64,000 bases of DNA from Eledone cirrhosa (taxonomy: Eukaryota). Location of the stretch: assembly GCA_964016885.1 (NCBI GenBank), contig OZ024749.1, forward strand, positions 41,416,001 to 41,480,000, written 5' to 3'. The position numbers were made by a program, and so were the translations under genes. This document shows, piece after piece, positions 26,761 to 40,330 of this stretch. Under the pieces are notes generated by a model. It was given only the letters and a program-made list of their open reading frames with translations. It had not been told where the DNA came from and made no database searches. Within the stretch, counting starts at the first letter, position 1. Every line of letters begins with the position of its first letter.

Positions 26761-29261
26761 GCTGGGGGTTTAACCCTGAGATGGACTATCATCCTCTGGG
26801 CTCGAGACAGATGGTTATGGTTAACTGGGCAGTAGTGGAGCTAAACAACAAGGATTTAATCCTATAATAGGTGTGAATATCTTCTTAATCAATGACATGG
26901 TGTCTTTATAGCACTGTCAATATTCTTGTTTCAATATTATTAAAGTTACACTGTGATAATATTGAATGTCTGGAGAGATATTTATACAAAAAAACAAACA
27001 CTGAAATATTAAAACATCTTATTTTGAGATGTTCCATCTTTGTGATAGTGGTGTAGGTTTGAATATGTGATGCATATGGAGGATAACAGTTGTATAAAAA
27101 GATGCAGGGCACTCAATGTCAACAGAAACTATGGCAGAGGAAGACCTAGGAAAGCTGACCTTGCCCAATTAAACCTCATAAAAGAGGTGACACATGATCA
27201 AGATCTTTGGCATCATGCTGTAGTGCAGAAGACCCATCTACCCACATGCACAAAATGAAATGAAACAAACATGTAGAAGACACACTAGTCTGCACCAATC
27301 ATCTCTTCACTCCTCCTATTTACTCTCCCTAGTCAAAATATCCCATCCTCACCAGCTCAATATCCCACGCACCTCATCGATGTCGAACTTGTTTACTTGT
27401 GTTTGGCGTTAGGAAGGACATCCAGCTGTAGAAACCAAGCCATAATACAGATCTCTATGAGCAAGATGTGGTCTCAGGAGTTGACTTATCTCATAACGTG
27501 ACAACCCATCTAAACTATGCAAGTGTGAAAAACATTAAATAATAATAATGATGGTGATGATGATGATATCAATATAGGGGAAATGGAGATGTTATTTGTG
27601 TTGGTGTCAGTGTAGAGCAGAAAGTAGATGATATGTACAGGGTAGATAATATCAATATAGGGTAGATTTTTAGATAATATCAGTACAAGGTAGATGTTGT
27701 TTTTGTTGGTGTCAGTGTAGACGGTGCAGTATGTACAGTAGATGTAATTGGTGATGGTGGAGGTGATGTGGAAAAAGTTGCTAGACAGCTTCTCCACGTA
27801 TTCTGATTAACACAGCCGCAACAAACAATCCTCTTGTTATTAATGAATTAATCTTGTCTAAACAGCTTTAATCTACGGCATTTCATTTATATATGGTTAA
27901 AATAGTTATTAATCTGGACACAGGTAATGTACACACACACAGATACACATGCATATATGAACTCACACACATACATTCATCTATATATTTGTCCATACAT
28001 GTATACCTACTTACATATGTAAGTGAAGACATTCAAACATACATGTGTGAAGACATACAAACACATATACATAGAAACATCATATAGATGCCGTCTAACC
28101 CATGCTAGCGTGGAAGATGGACGTTAAACGATGATGATGATGATGATGATATATATATATGCTTGTGTGTATCACGCAGTAATACAGAAGACCCGACTTC
28201 CCACAAGAATAAGCCGAAGCTGAAGCATATAGACAATATGCCCCCGCCCACCCCCACTGCAAAGTGGTCGTAGAGGTGCCGCGGCAAAAAAGCACCCAGC
28301 CCACACTGTAAAGTGGATGTGTAGGTGCCATGGAAAAAAGCACCCAGCACTCATTGTAAATAAGGTTAGGTTGGTGTAGAAATCAAGCCAGAATCAGTTC
28401 CTGTATGAGCAAGACAAGGTCAGCCAACTGGACACTGCCCACAACAGGACAACCCATCTAACCCATGCTAGCGTGGAAGAACGGATGTAAAACAGTGATG
28501 AAGTTGATGATATATATATATATATACATATATATTCAAAATAGGGCTACGCATGGAACAAAACAACGGAAAAACGGAGAGTCCCATCTCCTCAGTCAAC
28601 CTCTGGGAATCACTAGAGTTTTGGTTGGTTTAGGTTGATACTATTTATTCCAGAGCCCATTGGGATGTAACAAAACAGGTAGGACAATTTATGTCTTTTG
28701 GCAAATTATACAAATAAAGACGAAATTATCCCAAATGCACCAACTGACAAAGAAGGGAGAGAACGGCATACGTGGGTTTAGTCAAAGGAGAAAAAATATA
28801 GAAAGGAGGGAAATAGAAAACAGAAAAGAATAATGTCGATTGAAGTCAATTCAATGAGTTTGACCATTGCTTCAGTGTTTGTAAACCTTTTTGTTATCAT
28901 ATTTCTAATGAAAGACATTGACTATAGTTTTTTAAATAATTTTGTAAATAATCAATAATTTGGAGGGACTTAGCAAAATAACTTAACTTTCTCATTTTTT
29001 ATTTGGTGTTTGGAATATAACTTAACAAAGGTTTGACGGTTTTTAGAGAAGTATAAACACAAAGGGTTTAAACAGCTTTGTATTGTAGAACCAGTGGTGG
29101 TTTCATATGGTTTGGTAACAAAAAGTTTTAAAGTTTAATGAGCTATTGCAGAAATGTCTCTTCTCAGTTAAATGCAATACAGAATTAAGACATTTGTCAT
29201 GCAATAGAAAAACAATGTTTGATACATGATTGCTGGACATATATGCAGATATATGTATATA

Positions 29262-29677
29262 TATGGAAGATCCTGGAAGGACTAGCATCAAACTTTGACA
29301 TTGAGAGCTGCACCAAACCCTAAACATGATGCCACTGCATATTGCCACATGTCTCCACCTTCCACATCTATAATGAGGACCAGATACTGCAAAAGCTTGG
29401 GGTTCAAGGGCTCCCAAATCTTTAATAACTTGCCAAAAAACAAAACAAAAAAAAAACCCTGAGGGGTCTATATGGGTGCATGTAGATCTTTTCAAGAAGC
29501 ATCTTGACATTCTGTTATCCCAGATGAGTCCACAGCATGGTAAGAAACACAAATGAGGGTGGCAATATCAAACTCCCTCATGTATTGTTGGCCCACCAAG
29601 GAAGGAGGGCTATAGAAAATGTAGCAATAATGGTGATGCCCCAGCATGGCCTAAACCTGTAGACTGATGAAAATAAG
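29262..29677 (+). mobile_element. CR1/L2-group LINE 3' end remnant
   Basis: WKILEGLA...RTRYCKSLGFKGSQIFNNLPK...DLFKKHLDI...PDE...SNSL across frameshifts. Confidence 0.75.
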
Positions 29678-31573
29678 TGTGTATATATATGTGTATATAT
29701 AGACATACACTATATGTATATATATTGCTGGCAGCTCTATTTAACTTCCATCTGTCTCTTACAGCTTTCAGTTATAACTGTCAAATCACTTATTTCTGTA
29801 ACATCAACTTAAAGAATACTACTTCTTATTATACACCCCCCCCCCTTCTTTTACACCCCTATTTTGCCCCCTATTTTCTCCTCATCCCACACCTAGACCC
29901 CCCCTCCCCCCACACACACACCTGGCACTCTTATCCCACAAACCTTCTTGACTGATTTATATATTATATATATATTTAACAGCATATTTTTATAGCTTGT
30001 GTCTGTGTGTGTACATATATGTGTATGTGTGTCTTCAACCCTTTCTGTTTATATTTTTACTAAGGTTTCTCTCAGCCTGTATCTCCCTTGATAAGGGGCT
30101 GCTACACATATACAAGTATTTTGCAGCTCATTTTTTGCTTAAAACCACAGAAAAAACAATATCCTGGTATGCTTTGCCAGCATAAGACTAAAAATAATAA
30201 AAGTCAACACACACACATGCACACATGGAAATACACTCTCTCTCACACACACACACACACATGCATGCACACTCATACACAGACACACATACATATATAT
30301 TTTTACATATGATGATAATGATGATGTATATTGTCTTTACCTTGTTCACTACAAAAGCAATTCCTGTTTAGGAAACTAAAATATATTCGAAATACAGATG
30401 TTATGGTGTGCAGTTCCTTGGTTGACGCATGCAAAGATTTTGAATAAATAAACTGTAAATAATAATAATAATTGTTTCTACTTTTGGCACAAGGCCAGCA
30501 ATTACCCAGTGTATTACTGATACTTTATTTTATCGACCCCGTAAGGATGAAAGGCAAAGTTAACCTCGGCGGGATTTGAACTCAGAATGACAAGGGCCGT
30601 AACTCTATGCGTCAAAGCATGGCGCCTGACCCTCTACCGATACTGCCAATCCACCGCCGTAAATAATAATAACAATGGTTTCTGATTTTGGTACAAGGTT
30701 AACAAAACAATTTTAGTGGAGGGGAAAGTCGATTAAACCAACCCCAGTACATTACTAGTGCTTCATTTTATCAACCACATAAGGATGAAAGGCTAAGTTA
30801 ACTTTGGAAGGATTTGAACTCAGAATGTAAAAAGCCGTAACTCTATGCCGCAAAGTATGTTGTCCGATGCTCTAATGATTTCTACTATAGGCACAAAAAG
30901 CAATTCAGTTCTTAATAAGAAGAGCTTAAATTAATGCAAACAAGATTTCATAGCTCTAGCATCACTCCTTCATAGTCAGCCTATGAACTTTTCAGTCGAC
31001 CCTCATATGCACAGATGCGTGTATACACATAGATACGTGTATACACACAGATACATAGATGCATACATACAAACATACACAGATACACATGCAAATACTT
31101 GTATATATCTATACACACATGTACACACACATCTTTTATTGCTACTAGTTTGTCATTGACTACAGTTATGTTAAGGCACCACCTTTATTTAGTCAATTAT
31201 ACCGACCCTGGTGCTTATTTTATCTATTTTTTTCACATCCTCATCCTCATCATTCTCATCGCCATCATCATCATCACAAAGCTGATGTTAAATGATAATG
31301 ATGATGCAAGCATGGAAAGGTGGACGTAAAATGATGTTGATGTTGATGATGATATTGATATACAAAGCAGACGTAAAATGATGATAGTGTCGAAAAGGTC
31401 TGTGTTAGAATATTCTTTCGACTAAATATGTATTATGTATAGTGTGGTTGTTGTTGTTGTTGTTGGACCTTCGTCATTTCCCACAACGAATGTACCAGTT
31501 GATTCAATCAAAATAAGTGGCTGAGCATTCCACAGACATGTGCAGGGAGATCTGGTGTGATGACACATTGTAA

Positions 31574-31609
<36 letters not shown>

Positions 31610-31611
<2 letters not shown>

Positions 31612-31661
31612 CATTCCTGATGATTTCCTTCGAATGAAACAGTTCTAGTCCTGTAGAAGCC
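31610..31661 (+). ncRNA. Degenerate hammerhead-like motif
   Basis: CUGAUGA (31617-31623), imperfect UUC/GAA stem II, then GAAAC-AGUUCUA-GUC. Stems are eroded. Starts directly after a (TA)n tract. Confidence 0.4.
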
Positions 31662-33712
31662 ATTTCTATATTAAATTTTGTATATACTCTACTAATGTAT
31701 TGAGTACCTTACTTACTGTAGTTACCCTCGATTGAACCTGGGACTCACATATATATGTTATAAAGTAAGTAATTAATATAGTGGTGAACCTTCTAGATAC
31801 TGCTTCCTTACATTTTTACCTTGAGCTGGTGACTCACTGAATCTCTTATGTTAAAATGCCTGGGAGTTCTACTGAAATTAATGCTGCTTTTACACATTTC
31901 TCTTCTTTCATCTTTTCCTTCTTCGTTCTTTTTTATTCTGTTCCTTTCATCCTATCCTTCTACCACCTCCCTCTGTTCCCCCTACTGCCCCCTATTTTTA
32001 TTTCTATTTATTTCCTTCATTCTTTCTAATTGTTTCTTTTGCTTCTTCCTTTTTTTTTTTTTACCTTTTCTTTAAATTCATACCACCCCTCTGCTCCTCT
32101 CTCTTTCTCCATTCTCCTCCCAGTTATTTTGCTTCCTTAGTTTTATTTTTGGGAACCCTGCTCCCCTCCTCCCCATCACCCTACACTTGCATTTTATATA
32201 CCTGACTTGTATCATTTAAACTAGATCCAAATCCAGTGAAGTCCTAGAACTCACCCTTGCTCATCAAAGTCTCCTCCAGTAATTAACTGCCCACATTGTC
32301 AAACACACTGTTACCTCTTATACACATTACAATAAAAATACATGGCCTAGTGGTTAGGGTATTGCACTCATGGTCATAAAGTTGTGGGGCCGATTTCTTG
32401 ATCTAGCGGCACATTGCTTTTCATGATAGGACTGGGGCCCCCATCATTAAAACACCCAAGAAACCTATGAGATGCAACCTTATAGGAGGCCTGCTAAACC
32501 TACATAGGTGTGAGTTGTAACATTCTCAACATCATAAGACTGTGGCCCCTATCATTAAAACACCCAAGAAACCTCCAATGAGAGGCAACCTACATAGGTG
32601 TGAGTTGTAATTTTCATTTTTTAATGATGGTAAGGAGCCTGAACCTGCTAGAAATAACAGTCCAATCTCTCTTCACATCCACCTCCACAAACAACTACAT
32701 TTCCACCTCCATAACACCTACACCTCACCAACACTTCCACAAACTACAATTCCACCTACACCTCCACCATCACCTCTACCTCCACAAACAACTGCACTTG
32801 CACCTACACCAACACTTCCATTTCCACAAACAATTCCACTAGCACGTCTAGCTCCACCAACCACACTAACAACACCACCTCCACCTTCATCAATATCACA
32901 ACACCTCCTAATCCATCTCCACCAAAGACACCCATCTCTACCAACAGCCCAACAGCATTAACACCATCTCCACCTACACCGACATCCATGCCACACACAC
33001 ACACCTTCACACTCACTACCTCTAGCATCTCCATCCATGCTACTTCACCTCCACACCTCCACACTCACTAGCCCCAACACCTCTACGTCCACCTCCACCT
33101 CTACCCACCATCAAACATATACATTGATAGCTTTTTCGGTGTTGTATCATCATCAAAAGAAAAGCTTTTTTCCAAGAATTTGGTAATACAGGACTGGAAT
33201 GACTGAACAAATAATGTTATTATATCATCAAATAGTGGTGAAAGTGTTGGAATTTCACTGAACTAAGTTAGATTTTGGCTGAAATGTTAAAGTAGTAGAA
33301 GACTATTATTGGTCGGGTTAAACGAACTGGCAAGTTTTTACTGGTTCTGTAGATATACAACATATACTTGTGTGTGTATGTGTATGTATATATATATATA
33401 TACACCTGTGTGTATGTATGTAAAAGGTAAACAGAAATAACAAAACAAACGGCACAATACATGGAATGAATATATTAGTTTAACGCTTGAAATAGCAGGC
33501 AGAGCGTCTTAGCGCTTCAGATGCTAGTCCTATATATATATATCAATCAGCATCCTCAATGTTTTTATGTCGACTTTTCCATTCTGGCCTGGGTTAGACA
33601 GGACATTCTGAAGGCCTTTCTGGCATTAATCCTATTAGTTGCTTCTGACTACATGCAAGGGAATACAGCATCTCTATTCTAAACCAGGTACACATTGTAT
33701 ATATATATATAT

Positions 33713-34045
33713 GGAGGCATATGGCTTAGTGGTAAGAGCATTGGCCTTGCAATCGAAAGGTTGTGAGTTCAATTCTCAGACCGGGTGATGTGTTGTTTCC
33801 TTGAGCAAGACACTTTATTTCACATTGCTCCAGTTTACTCAGCTGTAGAAATGAGATGATAGGGACTGGGGTCCCTATCATTCCACTGCAGAGTGGTCGT
33901 GGAGGTGCCATGGCAAAAAAGCACCCAGCACTCACTGTAAATGAGGTTGGTGTTAGGAAGGGCATCCAGCTGTAGAAATCAAGCCAGAATCAGTTCCTGT
34001 CCCACCCTTGCAAGCAGGGAAAAGCGGACGTAAAATGAAATGAAT
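33713..34045 (+). mobile_element. tRNA-derived SINE family B with RTE-like tail
   Basis: A box tggcttagtggt, B box gagttcaattct, body tccttgagcaagacactttatttcacattgctccag, tail ggaagggcatccagctgtagaaa...ggacgtaaaatga. Close copies at 45885-46215(-) and 47760-48137(+). Confidence 0.85.
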
Positions 34046-35513
34046 ATATATATATATAAATGTAATCTGAGTTTTTCAAATATTAATAATAACATTCGAT
34101 TCGTTTGCAATTATGCAAACAAGCCTCAATTTTATAGCCATGTCAGTAGAATGAACCCTTCATTCTTGCTCTTGTGTATGTATATATATATGAAGTAATA
34201 GGATTTTTGTATTAGATTGAAGTTTAGTTGAAGCTTCCAGCTGTGGAAAAATCATATATACGTGTGTGTATGTGTATATATATATATAAATATATCTATG
34301 TATGTATGCCATATATATTTGTGTAGAAGTCACATCTTTTCTCACAAAAATAAATGTGACTTACCGACAGGACTTACAAAACGTCCATTGAAAATATATA
34401 AATACATACATAGGTATATACCTGTGTATGTACATGCATACATACACATGTATGTACATCTATGTACATGCATAGACGTACATACATGCGTACATTCAGA
34501 GCTACATACCTGTGTATCTATATGCATACATACACATGTATGTACACATATATATAAGTACCAGATGCATATATACATATGGCTGTTTGCATATGCATAC
34601 GTGTATCCATACATATGTATCTGTATGTGTAAGCATACATACATATCTTCATATGTATGTATATCCCTACACATGTAATTTATATATAGCTACATGGCAT
34701 TTTTACATACATACATATATACACACATACATATACACATTTATATATCCTGGAAAGTCAAGGTGGCTGGAAAATGAGTTTGTTGCTTTATATATGTATG
34801 CATGCATGTCTGTAAATATGTGTATGTATGCATGTATGTATATGTGTATGTACGCGTGTGTATGTGCATGTATATATCTATATGCAAGCATGTCTGTATA
34901 TGTATGTATATATGTGTATGTATGTAAGTATATGTGTATGTAAGTATATGTGTATGTATGCATGTATATATGTATATGCATGCATGTCTGTAAATATGTG
35001 TATGTATGCATGTATGTAAGTATATGTGTATGTATGCATGTCTGAAAGTATATGTGTATGTACGCGTGTGTATGTATGCATGTATATATGTATATGCAAG
35101 CATGTCTGTATATGTGTGTGTATGTATGTAAGTATATGTGTATGTATGTATGTATGCATGTATATATGTATATGCAAGCATGTCTGTATATGTCTGTGTA
35201 TGTATGTAAGTATATGTGTATGTATGTATGTATGCATGTATATATGTATATGCAAGCATGTCTGTATATGTATGTGTATGTATGTAAGTATATGTGTATG
35301 TATGTATGCATGTATGAGAGAAAATTGATAGTGTTGTCTTTTATTCCAACTCAGTAGATGTTAACAGAGCTCTCTCCCTTTCTCTCCCCTTCTCTCTCTT
35401 TCTCTCCCCTTCTGTCCCCCTCCCTGTCTCTGTTTCCAAACCCTCTATTTACCTGAGTAAATATCAGCTGTCTGGCAATATTTTTTCACTCTTCTCTTCT
35501 CTTCATTAACTCT

Positions 35514-35776
35514 CTCTAACTAAGTCTCTGCACTCACTCACTAAGTCTCCGCTCTCACTCACTCAGTCTCCACTTTCACTCACTCAGTCTCCACTTTCAC
35601 TCACTAAGTCTCCACTTTCACTCACTAAGTCTCCACTCTCACTCACTAAGCCTCCACTCTCACTCACTAAGTCTCCACTCTCACTCACTAAGCCTCCACT
35701 CTCACTCACTAAGTCTCCACTCTCACTCACTAAGTCTCCACTCTCACTCACTCACTCAGTCTCCACTCTCACTCAG
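35514..35776. repeat. 21-bp minisatellite (~12 copies)
   Basis: actcactaagtctccactctc units. Confidence 0.9.
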
Positions 35777-36041
35777 ACTTCATATTTACTGACAATGTCA
35801 CTCTGAAGAGAATGGCAAGCAGCACTTGCCATTTTGTTTCCATTATAATGCCCCTCCCTCCTTTTAGACTTATATATGCATACATACATATACGCTCATG
35901 TACAAACATATACATACACACTTGTTCACACATACACTTACATATAATCATACACATATTCATATATGTGTGTGTGTGTGCTTGTGTGTGTGTATATATA
36001 TATATGTAAACACATATACATATAAATACATATATATATGT

Positions 36042-36073
<32 letters not shown>

Positions 36074-36569
36074 TTAAATACACACACACATATATATATA
36101 TTTAAATACACACACACACATATATATATATATACATAAATACACATATACATATGTATATAAATACACATATATATACACATATATATACACATATACA
36201 TATGTATATAAATACACACATATATATACACACACATATATATATATATGCACACAGCTGTTCCTAAGTATAATCCCAGGACATTCTTCCCTTCCCTCAA
36301 CTAAAGATGGAGAGATGAGTCAGACCTTGGAAAGTTTTTTTTCTCTGATTTCAAATCTTTTCAAAGGGGGGACCAGGCTCATCCAATATTTATATATCTC
36401 TGTCTGCCTGTCTATATGTTTATCTGTATGTATGTCTGTCTTTCTACTTAACTGTCTAACTGATTACATGTCTTTCTATCCATGTCTGTCTATCTATTGA
36501 CTTGACTATCAGACTATCTGCCTGTCTACATGATTATTGGTCTGTATGTCACTCTGTCTATGTATCTGC

Positions 36570-36946
36570 ATGGGTGAAAGTGGCAAGAATAGCCAGAGTG
36601 AATGGGCCTTCTCTCTATATCAGCCTGTAGGTTGAGGAAAAAGAGGAAGAGAGGTACGAGGTACAAACTCTTTGTACTCCTGGAGATGAGGGTTGCACAC
36701 TTTTTCGGGGGTATGTGTTACCCATATATATATATATATATATATATATAATGAAATTATTGTGTAAAGTGCTCAGGTGCACTACAACTCATCAAAGGTG
36801 CATGTGAAATGTCTCTCCCCTTATTGGGGAAAATCGATTAATTTTTAAATTGCATTTGTGATAGTATTTTACACGTTTTTATTGTATGTAAACTTCTCCC
36901 TTTGTATTTGTCCCCTTCTTTTGTGCCCCTGTGGCTAATAAAGAAA
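36570..36946 (+). mobile_element. Probable Tx1/L1-like LINE 3' end interrupted by (TA)n
   Basis: WVKVARIARVNGPSL-like ORF terminus, 3'UTR shared with 1-96, ends in AATAAAGAAA before (TATC)n. Clade assignment is from memory. Confidence 0.45.
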
Positions 36947-37834
36947 CATATCTATCTATTTACATATCCATCTATCTATCTACTACTGGTTTAGTTCGGA
37001 TCTAGCTGTCGAAACAGCCAGAGCTCAGCCTTCGGGGTCCTGACTCTTTTCCTATTACCCACTCTACTACCCTGAGTATCGAGTACTCTGGTGCGTTATG
37101 GTCCACCTGGTTCCTTACCACACTTTCTTTGTAACTATTTATCTATCTATTTACATACCTATCTATCTAATTGACTGGTCGTCTATCTATGACTCTGACA
37201 TTTGACCGTCTGTCTACACAAACAAACATACATGTATATACATTTGTACATTATTCTATGTACTATACATGCACCTGAGCACTGTACACAATAATTTCAT
37301 TATTATTATTATACCCAGACAGTGACAGTAACCCCCCCCCCCCCCCCACACACACACACACACCACACATACACACATCCAGTACTTCCGCTGACATTTG
37401 GAGTTCAATCTCAGAATAGATTCTTCTTTTTTTCTTCTCTCTTCAACATCGACATCTTCGGAATCTTTGTTCTTTTGTCAATCATCATCGTCGACTTTGT
37501 CATCATCATTACCATCATCAGCATTGTCATCATCATCAACCATTGTCATCATCATCACCACCATTGTCTTCATCACCATTGCCTTCATCATCATCATCGT
37601 TGTCATCATCATCACCATTATCACCATCATCAGCATTGTCATCACCATTACTCTATCAGCATTACTCTATCACCATCATCAGCATTGTCATCACCATCAC
37701 TCTATCAAAACACCCCCCCGTCCCACCACCTCCACCCCATCCACACCGCCCCTTTCAATGTAAAGTTATGTTGGTCCCACACCATCCAGGCCGAAACAAA
37801 TGAGATCGTGTAGGTGTCACGACAAAAAAACACA

Positions 37835-38400
37835 CAGTCCACGCTGTAAATGTGGCCGTGTAGGCAACACGGTAGAAACCTCCCAGCCCCACACTGTAAA
37901 TGTGGTTGGTGTTAGGAAGGGCATCCAGCTGTAGAGAACCCGCCAGACAGTCCACGCTGTAATGTGGCCGTGTAGGCAACACGGTAAAAACCTCCCAGCC
38001 CCACACTGTAAATGTGGTTGGTGTTAGGAAGGGCATCCAGCTGTAGAAATCAAGCCAGACAGTCCATGCTGTAAATGTGGCCGTGTAGGCAACACGGTAA
38101 AAACCTCCCAGCCCCTCACTGTAAATGTGGTTGGTGTTAGGAAGGGCATCCAACTGTAGAAAACCCGCCAGACAGTCCACGCTGTAATGTGGCCGTGTAG
38201 GCAACACGGTAAAAACCTCCCAGTCCCACACTGTAAATGTGGTTGGTGTTAGGAAGGGCATCCAGCTGTAGAAAACCCGCCAGACAGTCCACGCTGTAAT
38301 GTGGCCGTGTAGGCAACACGGTAAAAACCTCCCAGTCCCACACTGTAAATGTGGTTGGTGTTAGGAAGGGCATCCAGCCGTAGAAAACCCGCCAGACAGT
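37835..38400 (+). repeat. Five 112-113 bp tandem units inside a retroelement 3' tail
   Basis: Unit-start cagtcc at 37835, 37948, 38060, 38173, 38285 and 38397. A single-unit version is present at ~45420-45715. Confidence 0.9.
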
Positions 38401-38630
38401 CCTATGCGAGCAAGACAACCACTCTTGCCTCAAGTGGGAAAACCCCCGTCCAAACCCATGCAAGCGTGGAACACGGATGCTAAACCTGATGATGATGATG
38501 ATGATGATTACCATTGTCATCACCATCACCATCATCATGTCATCATCATCACCATTGTCATGTCATCATCATCACCATTGTCTTCATCATCATCACCACC
38601 ATCATCGTTGTCATCATTATCATCACCATT

Positions 38631-38661
<31 letters not shown>

Positions 38662-39244
38662 CCATCATCATCATTGTCATCATCATCATCACCATTGTCT
38701 TCATCATCATCACCACCATCATCGTTGTCATCATTATCATCACCATTATCATCATCATCATCATCATCATCACCATCATTGTCATTGTTACCATCACCAT
38801 CGCCACCATCAGTTTCCATTTCACCACCATTAATTTCATTGCCCTCATCACTATCATCACTCCAGTCATCACCACCACCCCAACATAGCCATGATCATCC
38901 TCATAACCTCACCAATACTGTCATCACCATCATAACAGCCCCCCCCCCCCCACAACGCCACTATCATAGTACCAGAATCCTGCACCATAATGTCTCTGTA
39001 ATTACAATCCAATTGATGTGTTGCTCCCCCCCACCCTCTTTTTTTTTCACATCAAACACTTGTAATTAACTCAACAGATATTTAACTTCAAACACACACA
39101 CACTTACATATATACACTCTCTCATACACATTTACATACACACGCTCATACATACACACACTCTTCCTCTTTCTCTCTCTCTGTTCCCTCACTATCAACA
39201 ATATTGCATTCAACACCCACCATCACCAACTCTCTTTTTCTCTT

Positions 39245-39312
<68 letters not shown>

Positions 39313-39393
39313 TATACACACACACACATACACATAATTATCATTACCATTTTGACCCAGGTCAAATATATATATATAATCCTCATCGTAAGA

Positions 39394-39439
<46 letters not shown>

Positions 39440-39834
39440 TGAACACATCTCTACTCTCTCACCTTCTATACAATATATCTTTACTATTCTATACAAATTA
39501 TTTTCCTTCCTTCCTCCTAACAACAACATTACCTGTTACCTTAAATATTATTGTTGTTGTTTCTAGCCTGTAGAATCAATTCTTCTATTACTTCACCACC
39601 ACCACCACAGCCTCCTCTCAAACAATAACTGTACTCCAAGACTCTATAATTATTTTATGACTCACTGGAATTTTGATTTCTATATTTCTGATACAGGCTT
39701 TACCTCATGGCACCCCACACCCTACACCGATCTCACCATATACACCATGTCCCATGCAGACCTTACCCCATGGCACCCTCCACACCACACCATCCTGTCC
39801 CACACCACACCATGTTGCCCACAACACTCCACAC

Positions 39835-40330
39835 AAGTTTTCTACACCAGTGTTAATGGAATGTAACCAGTTGGTTGTGCGATGGTAGGAGAGCAAAACC
39901 ATCGCAGCTGCTGCCTGACATTCACGGTTGCTGTCAGTCAGATTGTGGGGCAGGCATTGGTCCAGCTTGGTAACTTTCCATATGGCATGCAATTGATTGA
40001 GGATGGTTGTTTTCAATGCCCCAAGTACTTTGGAGAGTTGATGCGATGTCTGGCATGGGTTGGCTTCCACCAGCTCACACATTTACTCATCATTGAAGTC
40101 GGATGAGTGTCCTGCTAGCAGTCAATCTTCAAGGCTATAATCACCAGAACGGAAGCATGCGAACTAGTCCCTGGCACTGTGTTCAGACATGGAGTGTGAC
40201 CCAAATACATTGTTAATGTAACAACTCAATGCTGCTTCACTTAGATCAGATTTGAAGTCATAAAGTAAACAATCACAAAGAAACAATTTGGATAGATCCC
40301 TATTATATCCCTTTTGACAGCGTAGCAGAA
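39835..40330 (-). mobile_element. Mariner transposase pseudogene, N-terminal half
   Basis: CLLYDFKS...INNVFG...FRSGDYSLED...ELVEANPCQT..QLS..L...TTILNQLHAI.KV.KLDQCLPHNLT (decayed WVPHEL) ...INTGVE (decayed IVTGDE), with internal stops. Confidence 0.85.

Noticed and set aside
29664-29675. CTGATGA followed by AAA
   Set aside because: No stem II between the motifs. It is part of a LINE 3' tail, not a hammerhead.
33713-33790. tRNA gene candidates (A and B boxes) here and at other SINE heads
   Set aside because: No proper acceptor stem or poly-T terminator. They continue into multi-copy SINE bodies.
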